Of a stretch of DNA of 25,728 nucleotides, positions 16,863 through 23,607 are shown in pieces. Made by a program: the position numbers and the translations under genes. The notes beneath the pieces are model-generated. The model worked only from the letters and a program-made list of their open reading frames with translations. It made no database searches and was not told where the DNA came from. The stretch is from a virus. Taxonomy: Duplodnaviria; Caudoviricetes. Within the stretch, counting starts at the first letter, position 1. Each line of letters opens with the position of its first letter. Location: the IMG/VR virus record IMGVR_UViG_3300022719_000188, positions 1 through 25,728 of that record. The stretch is one strand, 5' to 3'.

Positions 16863-17097
16863 GATCGTCGCCGGCGTGTATCCGCCTGGCGATGTCGCGG
16901 CGCAGCGCGAAGCCGTGATCGGCGACAAGGCCGCGCAGCCGCTGCACATCGGACAGCCCGTCCAGCGGCCCCTTGATCACCGTCTCGGCGCGGGCCCGGC
17001 ATTCGAAGCCCTCGTTCACCTCGCGCACGACCTCGTCCAGCGTCAGGCCGTCGGGCACCGGCACCAGCAGGCTGACCAGCACATGCGTCTCAGCCAT
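16810..17097 (-). CDS. Hypothetical protein
   Basis: 95 aa; GAGG RBS; overlaps the upstream stop. Confidence 0.6.
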   Translation of the reverse strand: MAETHVLVSLLVPVPDGLTLDEVVREVNEGFECRARAETVIKGPLDGLSDVQRLRGLVADHGFALRRDIARRIHAGDDPPQPRSGAAARPTGRRA

Positions 17098-18523
17098 TGC
17101 TGACCTCTTTCAGTTCCGGCGCGCGCAGCGCCACGTCGGTGAAATGCGGCACGCCCGCGACGAGCTTCAATTCGATCCCGGTGGCCGCCTCGAACATCGC
17201 CTCGAACGCCGCGCGCGCCAGCGCGTGCTCGCCCGCCCATTGCGCATAGATCGCATAGACCCGCCCCGCCTCGACGACGCCGCCGGGGCTATCCGCCAGG
17301 CACGCCGCGCGAAAGGTCAAAAGCTGGTCGGTGAGCTGGCGGATGCGCTCACGGCGCACCGGCCGGTCGGCGGCCGCCGGCGCGGGCGCGCTGGAGCGCG
17401 CGGGAGCCGGGCCCGCGTCATGGCCGGCATCATGGGGCGCCCCGCCGCCGGGGTGCGGCTGCGTCGCCGGCGGGGCTGCATCCGGCGCGGATGGTTGGGG
17501 GCCTTGAGCGCCGGAAAAATGAATATGAAGGGGTGAGGCGGCCTGCGCTGGCGGCTGCCAGCCATGGGAATCACGTTGATCGCGCGCGGAGGGCGGCTGC
17601 TGCGCCGCGCGCTGCGTGCCCGCATCCGGCGGCATGTAGCCAGGTCCGCCCCACGACCATTCCGGCCCCGGATGGCCCGGCCCGGTCAGCTTGCGCTGGT
17701 ATTGCTCCCATTCCGGCCCGTCATCGGGGCGCGCGCCGCGATCCACCGCGTAGGCCATGCCGAAGCCGAGATTGGCGAGAAGCCCGATCACCGCGACCAG
17801 CGCCACGGTCCACCAGAACCGCACCTCCTCGTCGGTCGTGTCAAAGATGCGCACCATCACGGCTTCCGCCGGCGCGCCCTCGGCGGTCTTGGGCGCGGAT
17901 TTCAGGCGCTCCTCCAGCTTCGGGATGCTCGCCTCCAGCTCGGCCAGCCGCTCGGCCTGCGCCAGCCGCTCGGCCTGCTGCACCGCCTTCAGCTTCAGCG
18001 CCTCGCATTTTGGCCCGCAACCGCCGCGCTCGCCCTCGCGCGCGGCCGCCGCGCGCGTCTCCTCCAGCGCGATGCCCAGCGCCTCCGGATCGCCGGGCGC
18101 GGCCCGGGACAGATCACGATATTCCGCGCGCTGCGCCGCCAGCTTTTCGCGCACCGTGGTCCGGCTCATGGCGCGGTCCTCGCGCGCGGCCTGGCCGTCG
18201 GCCATGGTCACGCCCATCACCGCCCAGCCGGCGACCTGGCTGACCGTGAGACAGAAGATCAGCGGGATGGCGAGCGCCACGCGTTTGACCCATGCGTCCC
18301 ATTCCTGTCCCGTGATGCTCCTGATCTGCACGGGCAGCCAGGCGGCGACAACGGCTATGGCGAAGAACGCCGCGGCATAGCCGATGGCCCCGACACCGGC
18401 GGCGCGCCGGTAGCCGTAAACCGTGTTCATCCCCGCATCGATGAGCCAAAGCGCGGCGAACGCCCACAGGATCGGCCGGCGCTTCACCTGGCTCCAGAAA
18501 CCTTCATGCGTCGTATCGATCAT
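17090..18523 (-). CDS. Multi-TM, coiled-coil protein with a putative C-terminal winged-helix domain
   Basis: Start ATG 18523 (ATGA coupling); N-terminal TMs, coiled coil with GGCGPKC, one further TM, a P/A/G-rich linker and a terminal globular domain. Confidence 0.7.
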   Translation of the reverse strand: MIDTTHEGFWSQVKRRPILWAFAALWLIDAGMNTVYGYRRAAGVGAIGYAAAFFAIAVVAAWLPVQIRSITGQEWDAWVKRVALAIPLIFCLTVSQVAGWAVMGVTMADGQAAREDRAMSRTTVREKLAAQRAEYRDLSRAAPGDPEALGIALEETRAAAAREGERGGCGPKCEALKLKAVQQAERLAQAERLAELEASIPKLEERLKSAPKTAEGAPAEAVMVRIFDTTDEEVRFWWTVALVAVIGLLANLGFGMAYAVDRGARPDDGPEWEQYQRKLTGPGHPGPEWSWGGPGYMPPDAGTQRAAQQPPSARDQRDSHGWQPPAQAASPLHIHFSGAQGPQPSAPDAAPPATQPHPGGGAPHDAGHDAGPAPARSSAPAPAAADRPVRRERIRQLTDQLLTFRAACLADSPGGVVEAGRVYAIYAQWAGEHALARAAFEAMFEAATGIELKLVAGVPHFTDVALRAPELKEVSNG

Positions 18524-18951
18524 AATAGTCCCACGCGTCTGGCCAGCCCCTCGGGCAGCTCGATTTCGCCGTTGCCGGAAAAGCGCACATGCTCCCGCGG
18601 CAGCCACACCCAGGCCGGCTCGATTTCCTCGCCGGTCACCGGGTCAATTTTGGCGCGGGCGCGCGCCGGAAGCACCGCGATATGCCGCGCCGTCTCGGCC
18701 ATCACGCGGATCGCCACGAAGTCTTCTTCCCAGTCACCGCGCCCATCCGGGCGCGGATACGGACCTAAGGTCCGACCGCCAGTCGGCGGCTCAGCCGCGC
18801 CAATGCGCGGCTGGGGAGCGCCTTCGCTGGCCTCATGCACCCCAGACACGCCCTCTGGCGTGTCTGAGCGCGCGACTGCGCGCCGCGCCGTTGGCGCGTG
18901 ATCGCCGGACGGATGTCCGGCGCAAGACAAAGACAGCTCCATCGCGCTCAT
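18520..18951 (-). CDS. Small phage protein with two hairpin elements in its N-terminal half
   Basis: ATGA coupling at both ends; C-terminal AET...VWLPREHV...IELPEGLARRVGLL pattern of small phage proteins. Confidence 0.6.
   Translation of the reverse strand: MSAMELSLSCAGHPSGDHAPTARRAVARSDTPEGVSGVHEASEGAPQPRIGAAEPPTGGRTLGPYPRPDGRGDWEEDFVAIRVMAETARHIAVLPARARAKIDPVTGEEIEPAWVWLPREHVRFSGNGEIELPEGLARRVGLL
18737..18819 (-). repeat. Four-hairpin dispersed element, copy 8
   Basis: + strand: CCGCGCCC ATCC GGGCGCGG ATA CGGACC TAA GGTCCG A CCGCC AGTC GGCGG CT CAGCCGCGC CAAT GCGCGGCTG GGGAGC. Confidence 0.9.
18837..18922 (+). repeat. Four-hairpin dispersed element, copy 9 (inverted partner of copy 8)
   Basis: GCACCC CAGACACGCC CTCT GGCGTGTCTG A GCGCGC GACT GCGCGC CGCGCC GTT GGCGCG TGAT CGCCGGAC GGAT GTCCGGCG. 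Confidence 0.9.
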
Positions 18952-19289
18952 CCCATGCACTCGATTTCGAGTTCATCCATCCGCCGCTCGAAGCTGGCGT
19001 CCTCGCGCCGCTGCTCGACCAGGCGGCACGCCTTTCTCACAGCCTCGTGGCTCAGCCCCGCCGCGCGCGCCACCGAGCGCGCCGGCCGGTTGAAATGCGT
19101 GACCGCAATGTAGAGCGCCTGCCGGCGCAAGCCCGCCATGCGCCAGCCGCGGCCGGAACGCAGATCGTCCGCGCTCAACCCCTCGCGCCGCGCCACCGCC
19201 GACAGCGCCAACTCCAACGCCAGATCCGAGGCGAGGCGGTCGGCGCGGGCGGAAAATTTCGTGTAAAGGATGTCCGTGTGAAGGCTCAT
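18948..19289 (-). CDS. DnaA C-terminal-domain-like HTH protein
   Basis: 113 aa; VARREGLSADDLRS...RRQALYIA...SVARAAGLSHEAVRKACRLVEQRRED matches the DnaA domain IV pattern. Confidence 0.7.
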   Translation of the reverse strand: MSLHTDILYTKFSARADRLASDLALELALSAVARREGLSADDLRSGRGWRMAGLRRQALYIAVTHFNRPARSVARAAGLSHEAVRKACRLVEQRREDASFERRMDELEIECMG

Positions 19290-19447
19290 GGCCCGTCCGT
19301 TCGCTTGAGTGGTCCCAAACGCTAAACACATGACGCGATACGCTGACGCTGAAGGGCAGGGGCGCAGCAGCAACCGGACAGAAAACCGGACGCCGCCGCG
19401 CCATTGGGCCTTTTTACGCCGTGCCCGAGGGCGCTTCGGGAGGAAGC

Positions 19448-20167
19448 TTAGTTAAACGTCACGCTGATGCCGCCGAGCACCTGGATAACATCGCTATCCA
19501 GATCCACGCCCGTGGCGTCGCCGCTCACGTCGTGCCACTTGACGACCTCGCCGAACACACCGACCCGCGGGGCGACCTCCAGGCGCACGCCGCCGGAATA
19601 GACCAGCCCGCCCAGGTCCGGATCGCCGGTCTTGGCCGCGCCGAAGCTGACATCGCCGGTCTCAATCTCGCCGTAAGCCAGCGTGCCGAACACCTCCGCG
19701 CCGGGCAGCAGATCGAAAGCCGCGATCGCGCCGGCCTTCCAGTACCAGTCGGCCTCGAAGTCGGTGATCGCGCTGCCCGCGATGGTGAAGGCGTTGTTGC
19801 TGTCGGCGAACAGCCCGGCCTCGGCCAGCGGGCCGAAACTGAAGCGCCCGAAGCGCCGCTCCAGCGTGACGCGGACCGCGCCGAAATAGCTGTCCCCGCT
19901 GACGCCGTCGACGCTGACCGGCCCGGAGCCGGTATCGAAACTGAAATCGCTCTCGCTTGCGGCGATGCCGCCCAGCAGCCAGCCATTAAGCGCCCAGCCG
20001 GCGCGCTCGCGCTCAAGCCGCTCGGCAATGTGCGGATCCTCGACGCCATCGCCGATATCCGCCGCGCCCGCCGCGCCCGTGCCCAGCGCCACCACGCACG
20101 CCGCCAGCACTGCCGCGACCATCGCCGCGAACGCGCCGGCCAGCCATTTCGCTGTCTGGTTCATCAT
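19448..20167 (-). CDS. Outer-membrane beta-barrel protein (8-stranded Omp25/Ail-Lom-like)
   Basis: Signal peptide ending AGA-AD, alternating amphipathic strands, C-terminal GGISVTFN signature. Confidence 0.8.
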   Translation of the reverse strand: MMNQTAKWLAGAFAAMVAAVLAACVVALGTGAAGAADIGDGVEDPHIAERLERERAGWALNGWLLGGIAASESDFSFDTGSGPVSVDGVSGDSYFGAVRVTLERRFGRFSFGPLAEAGLFADSNNAFTIAGSAITDFEADWYWKAGAIAAFDLLPGAEVFGTLAYGEIETGDVSFGAAKTGDPDLGGLVYSGGVRLEVAPRVGVFGEVVKWHDVSGDATGVDLDSDVIQVLGGISVTFN

Positions 20168-20300
20168 TTTGTCCCTCGAATTTGGCTATGTTGTTTCCGC
20201 AACCCCCCGGCTGCGGCACGCGAGAAACGCACTTGAGAAACGCGCAACAAACGCACTTGCAAATCCCTGCCCGATGATCGCCCGTCCGGACCAGGTGTTT

Positions 20301-20582
20301 TCAGGCCGCCGCACCGGGGCGCAGCGCGCATGTCCCTCCGCCGCGATCGTCACGGCCAACCTCGTCGCTCAAAGAGCGCAGAAGATCGGCCTCCATGCGC
20401 TTCAGCGTCGCCCACAGCTTGTCCATGTCGCGCCGGAACGTGCTCATTTTCGGCGAACCGCCCTGGCGCCAGCGCGTCAAATTGTTCGACGGTACGCCCG
20501 CCTCGCGGCACAGCCTGTGCATCCGCACATTGATGCGCGCGGCGCGGCGCTCGATCGCTTCTAACTCTGAAATCCACTCCAT
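20301..20582 (-). CDS. Cro-like HTH regulator
   Basis: 93 aa; MHRLCREAGVPSNNLTRWRQG HTH; divergent from the repressor. Confidence 0.75.
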   Translation of the reverse strand: MEWISELEAIERRAARINVRMHRLCREAGVPSNNLTRWRQGGSPKMSTFRRDMDKLWATLKRMEADLLRSLSDEVGRDDRGGGTCALRPGAAA

Positions 20583-20588
20583 GCTTCG

Positions 20589-20618
20589 AGGATAAGCGTT
20601 CCACGAATGGAAAGTCAA
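20589..20618 (-). promoter_or_regulatory. Putative sigma70 promoter of cro with a palindromic operator in the spacer
   Basis: TTGACT-18 bp-TATCCT; operator TTCCA CGAA TGGAA at 20599-20612. Confidence 0.7.
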
Positions 20619-20696
20619 CCTGCCACAGGTCGTCCGTGCCTTGCTTTTGTGTGGATGAAATAGTCCGCACGTGGTGCGTTATGTGGACAACCTGTG

Positions 20697-21299
20697 ATGG
20701 AAAGATTTTCCGAAAGCGCTCAGGCGCGGATCCGCGAATGGGTGCGCGATATCCTCGACAAGAAGGGCTGGTCCGGCCACAAGCTGGCGCGCGAGGCGCA
20801 GGTCTCGCCGTCCACCATCCACCGCATCCTGCAGGACGACCGTTTCGTTACGGCAACGCGCACCATCGACAAGATCGTGCAGGCGACCGGCGCGGCGGCG
20901 CCCGAGGATATCTGGCGCCGGGCAACCCCGCCAGGCCCGGGACTGCGCGAGCCCGAGGCGGTCTATTACGGCGAGAAAGCCCCGCCGGAGACGCCTGCCA
21001 GCGCGCATGCGGCCGTGTGGCAGCTGCAAAGCCGGGCGCTGCAACTGGCCGGCTGCCTGCCCGGCGATCTGCTCACCGTGGATCCCGGCACAGCCCCGCG
21101 CGCGGGCGATATCGTCTGCGTGCAGGTGATCGATCCGGCATCCGGCGAGGCCGAAACACTGTTCCGGGTCTATGACAAGCCCTATGCCATGACGGCGGCG
21201 GCTGACCCGCAGGCCCAGCGCAAGCCGCTCATGATCGACGACGAGCGCGTGCAGGTCTGGGGCACTGTGGTGCGCGTGGAACGAAACACCCGCGAGTGA
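20697..21299 (+). CDS. CI-like repressor (XRE HTH plus degenerate S24-like domain)
   Basis: WSGHKLAREAQVSPSTIHRIL HTH; PGDLLTVDP..PRAGDIV and VQVWGTVV S24-fold motifs. Confidence 0.85.
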   Translation: MERFSESAQARIREWVRDILDKKGWSGHKLAREAQVSPSTIHRILQDDRFVTATRTIDKIVQATGAAAPEDIWRRATPPGPGLREPEAVYYGEKAPPETPASAHAAVWQLQSRALQLAGCLPGDLLTVDPGTAPRAGDIVCVQVIDPASGEAETLFRVYDKPYAMTAAADPQAQRKPLMIDDERVQVWGTVVRVERNTRE

Positions 21300-21307
21300 T
21301 CGGCATA

Positions 21308-21325
21308 TTTTCCACGAATGGAAAA
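21308..21325. promoter_or_regulatory. Second operator TTTTCCA CGAA TGGAAAA before the early plus-strand operon
   Basis: 15-bp exact match (TTCCACGAATGGAAA) to the cro-side operator; AT-rich promoter-like context. Confidence 0.75.
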
Positions 21326-21460
21326 TTAACGTTGCATTAATAAAACGTCCGTGGTTAGCCTTGGACCCGTCAAGAGGGCGTTGGCACGGCGGCGCGGCCG
21401 GTCTCCCCTGATCATCCCGCGCCGCCGGTAACGCCCCCCAACCAACCACGGGGGTTTTCC

Positions 21461-21721
21461 ATGACGGATTTGCCGCACCACGACACGCAGACCAATCAGC
21501 CGCCATCGCTGGAGGAGATCACCGCCAAGGCGAAGCCGGGCGTCGGCGCCATGTTCACCAAGCTGCTGGCGCACCGCACGAGCGAGGCGTTTGGCTGGGG
21601 CTTTGAAGCGCATCGCGACCTGGCGAAGCGCGCCTGGGACGAATACGAGGCCGGGCTGATCAGCTTTGCCGAGCTAAAGACCTACTGCACGACCGGGTCC
21701 GCCACGGCAAAGGAGGTGTGA
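21461..21721 (+). CDS. Hypothetical protein
   Basis: 86 aa; first gene of the operon; GGGGG RBS-like sequence. Confidence 0.65.
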   Translation: MTDLPHHDTQTNQPPSLEEITAKAKPGVGAMFTKLLAHRTSEAFGWGFEAHRDLAKRAWDEYEAGLISFAELKTYCTTGSATAKEV

Positions 21722-21724
21722 GCG

Positions 21725-22045
21725 ATGGAGTACAACACCGACGCCGAATGGGACGCGACAATCGCGCAACTGATGAAATCGGACTGCCCGTGCTGCCGCC
21801 TGCGCGGACGCTTGCTGCGCGACATGGCGCCGCCTCTGCGTCGCGAGATCGACCGGATCACGAGCCAGGAGGATGCCAAGAATTTTCAGCAGACGCTCCC
21901 CGATCTGTTCGCAGACCTGCTGATGACGGCGGCGCAACTGGTCGCTCCAGCCGAGCAGGGCAAGCTGGTGCGCCAAACCACTGTCCAGGCGAGAAAACAC
22001 GTCGACGAGGCGCTGGCGCGCAAAACCCAGGGAGGCCGGGCATGA
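21725..22045 (+). CDS. Hypothetical protein
   Basis: 106 aa; GGAGG upstream; ATGA coupling downstream. Confidence 0.65.
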   Translation: MEYNTDAEWDATIAQLMKSDCPCCRLRGRLLRDMAPPLRREIDRITSQEDAKNFQQTLPDLFADLLMTAAQLVAPAEQGKLVRQTTVQARKHVDEALARKTQGGRA

Positions 22046-22308
22046 GCAACGATAACCGCCCCGTCACGGAAACCGGCGAGCTTGTATTCCGCGAGCTTTT
22101 GAACCTCTCGCCCGGCCAGTTCCAGATCTATTCGCGCCTGGCGGCGGAAGCCGCGCTCGGGCGCGGGGCGATCGCCCGCGGCATCGACCACACCATCCAT
22201 GTCGCGCCGGACGAGCACGGCCCGCCGGTGCCGCTTCGCACCTTTCCGCTCGCCGATGAAGGCGGGCGCGTCGTCATCATGCGCCCGCGCGAGGAGGACC
22301 TGTCATGA
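22042..22308 (+). CDS. Hypothetical protein (88 aa, MSNDNRPV...)
   Basis: GGAGG RBS; ATGA coupling on both sides. Confidence 0.65.
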   Translation: MSNDNRPVTETGELVFRELLNLSPGQFQIYSRLAAEAALGRGAIARGIDHTIHVAPDEHGPPVPLRTFPLADEGGRVVIMRPREEDLS

Positions 22309-22616
22309 CCGATGAGCCGCACAAAACCAACGAACAGGTCACCATTGACCGCAGACCTGGTGACGACCTCCCCATCGCCGTCTCGGTCTGGCAGTTCCGC
22401 GCCGGAAAATTCGTCGAGATGGAGGCGTTCCTCGAATTTCTCCGCCACTGGCAGACAGCCTCCGAGCGTGCCGAAAAATGGAAAAAACGCGCTCAGGCCA
22501 GCAAAGAGGCCCTGGTCAAGGCCCGCAATGACGCGTTCCGGGCCGAAAGCGAACTGCGGGGCATCGTGAGCGATCTGGACGACGCCCTTGAGCGCACACT
22601 GGAGCGCAAATCATGA
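22305..22616 (+). CDS. Hypothetical coiled-coil protein
   Basis: 103 aa; GGAGGA RBS; coupled on both sides. Confidence 0.65.
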   Translation: MTDEPHKTNEQVTIDRRPGDDLPIAVSVWQFRAGKFVEMEAFLEFLRHWQTASERAEKWKKRAQASKEALVKARNDAFRAESELRGIVSDLDDALERTLERKS

Positions 22617-22927
22617 CCGCGCGGGCGCTCACGCTCACCGAGGTCGCCGCCGAGCTGGGGCGCTCGCCGTCCTGGCTGGCGAGCAACTGGAAAAAGCTGG
22701 TCGCGCGCCACGGCATGCCCGCCCCGGTCATCGAGGGCGGGCTGCTGAGCTGGTCGGCCGCGCAGTTCTATGCCTGGCTCGACCGCGACCTGCCCGACGA
22801 GCTGCGCCCGGTCGCCGCGGCCTACCGCGCCGCGCTGGCCGCCGCGTCTGATCCATCCGCGCGCATCACCGCGGATGAAACCGCGGCCTGGCGCGATCAT
22901 CTCAACCGAAAATTTGCAAGGACCTGA
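22613..22927 (+). CDS. AlpA/excisionase-like winged-HTH protein
   Basis: LTLTEVAAELGRSPSWL...GMPAPV...WSAAQFYAWLD pattern; upstream of the integrase. Confidence 0.7.
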   Translation: MTARALTLTEVAAELGRSPSWLASNWKKLVARHGMPAPVIEGGLLSWSAAQFYAWLDRDLPDELRPVAAAYRAALAAASDPSARITADETAAWRDHLNRKFART

Positions 22928-22928
22928 C

Positions 22929-23285
22929 ATGCCGGTCAAACCCTGCCTCGGCTACCCCAGCCGCACCGCCGCCGCGCTTTCGCTTTCCGAGCGCGGGCTT
23001 TCGCTGCCCGAGATCGCCGACAAGATCGGCATTCCGGAAAAGAACGTCGAGGCGCTTCTCTACAGCGCGGCCCGCGCCAGGTCGCGCCAGCCGGAGAACA
23101 AAAAGTCGCGTTAGCCGGAAGAACGCGGCTATGTCATCAAGCTGGAGACGATCCGCGCGCTCGCGCCGGAAGCCCAGCGCCGCTGCATGACCGTGGGCCA
23201 GCTCGCCGAACAGATCATCGACACGGTCGCGCGCGAGCGGATGATCGGCGCGATCCTCGACAACCAGCCGAGGAATGCGGAATGA
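22929..23285 (+). pseudogene. HTH protein interrupted by an in-frame TAG at 23112-23114
   Basis: The same frame continues for 56 sense codons to a TGA overlapping the next ATG. Confidence 0.65.
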
Positions 23286-23491
23286 GCGACGCGCTGAAGC
23301 GCAAACACGAAGCAACGCTGCCAGCCCTGCGCGAGGCGGTCCGTGCGCCTTACGGCAAGGCGATCGCGAAGCTGCGCGCCGCCGGGCTGTGGGATGAAAC
23401 CCGCCCGCAAAAGCTCGACGCTCAGGCGCGCGCGGCGTTGCGCGGGGCCGCGACACGCTCTACGCTCGGCGACGACAGCGGAGAGCGGTGA
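23282..23491 (+). CDS. Hypothetical protein
   Basis: 69 aa; GAGGA RBS; coupled on both sides. Confidence 0.55.
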   Translation: MSDALKRKHEATLPALREAVRAPYGKAIAKLRAAGLWDETRPQKLDAQARAALRGAATRSTLGDDSGER

Positions 23492-23607
23492 TGGCGATTG
23501 CGTATTGCACCCCAGCCGCGCCTTCGGGCGCGGCTGTAAGCCCGACCGGGCGTCGCGCCTCAGGCGCGGATCAGCGGCACGGATTTGCCGCTGGAGGCCA
23601 AAAATGA
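23491..23607 (+). CDS. 38-aa mini-ORF (MAIAYCTPAAPSGAAVSPTGRRASGADQRHGFAAGGQK), mostly encoded by element copy 10
   Basis: TGATG overlap upstream, ATGA overlap with the integrase start, GGAG RBS. Confidence 0.5.
   Translation: MAIAYCTPAAPSGAAVSPTGRRASGADQRHGFAAGGQK
23507..23593 (+). repeat. Four-hairpin dispersed element, copy 10
   Basis: GCACCC CAGCCGCGCC TTCG GGCGCGGCTG TAA GCCC GACC GGGC GT CGCGCC TCA GGCGCG GAT CAGCGGCA CGGATT TGCCGCTG. Confidence 0.9.

Noticed and set aside
1321-23593. Hairpin elements as a CRISPR array, integron attC sites or intrinsic terminators
   Set aside because: They are dispersed rather than regularly spaced, lack attC RYYYAAC/GTTRRRY ends, and have no U-tracts.
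23343-23603. 87-aa N-terminal extension of the integrase in the ORF track
   Set aside because: Overlaps two upstream ORFs and element copy 10; ATG 23604 has a GGAGG RBS and lines up with the start of the duplicated domain.
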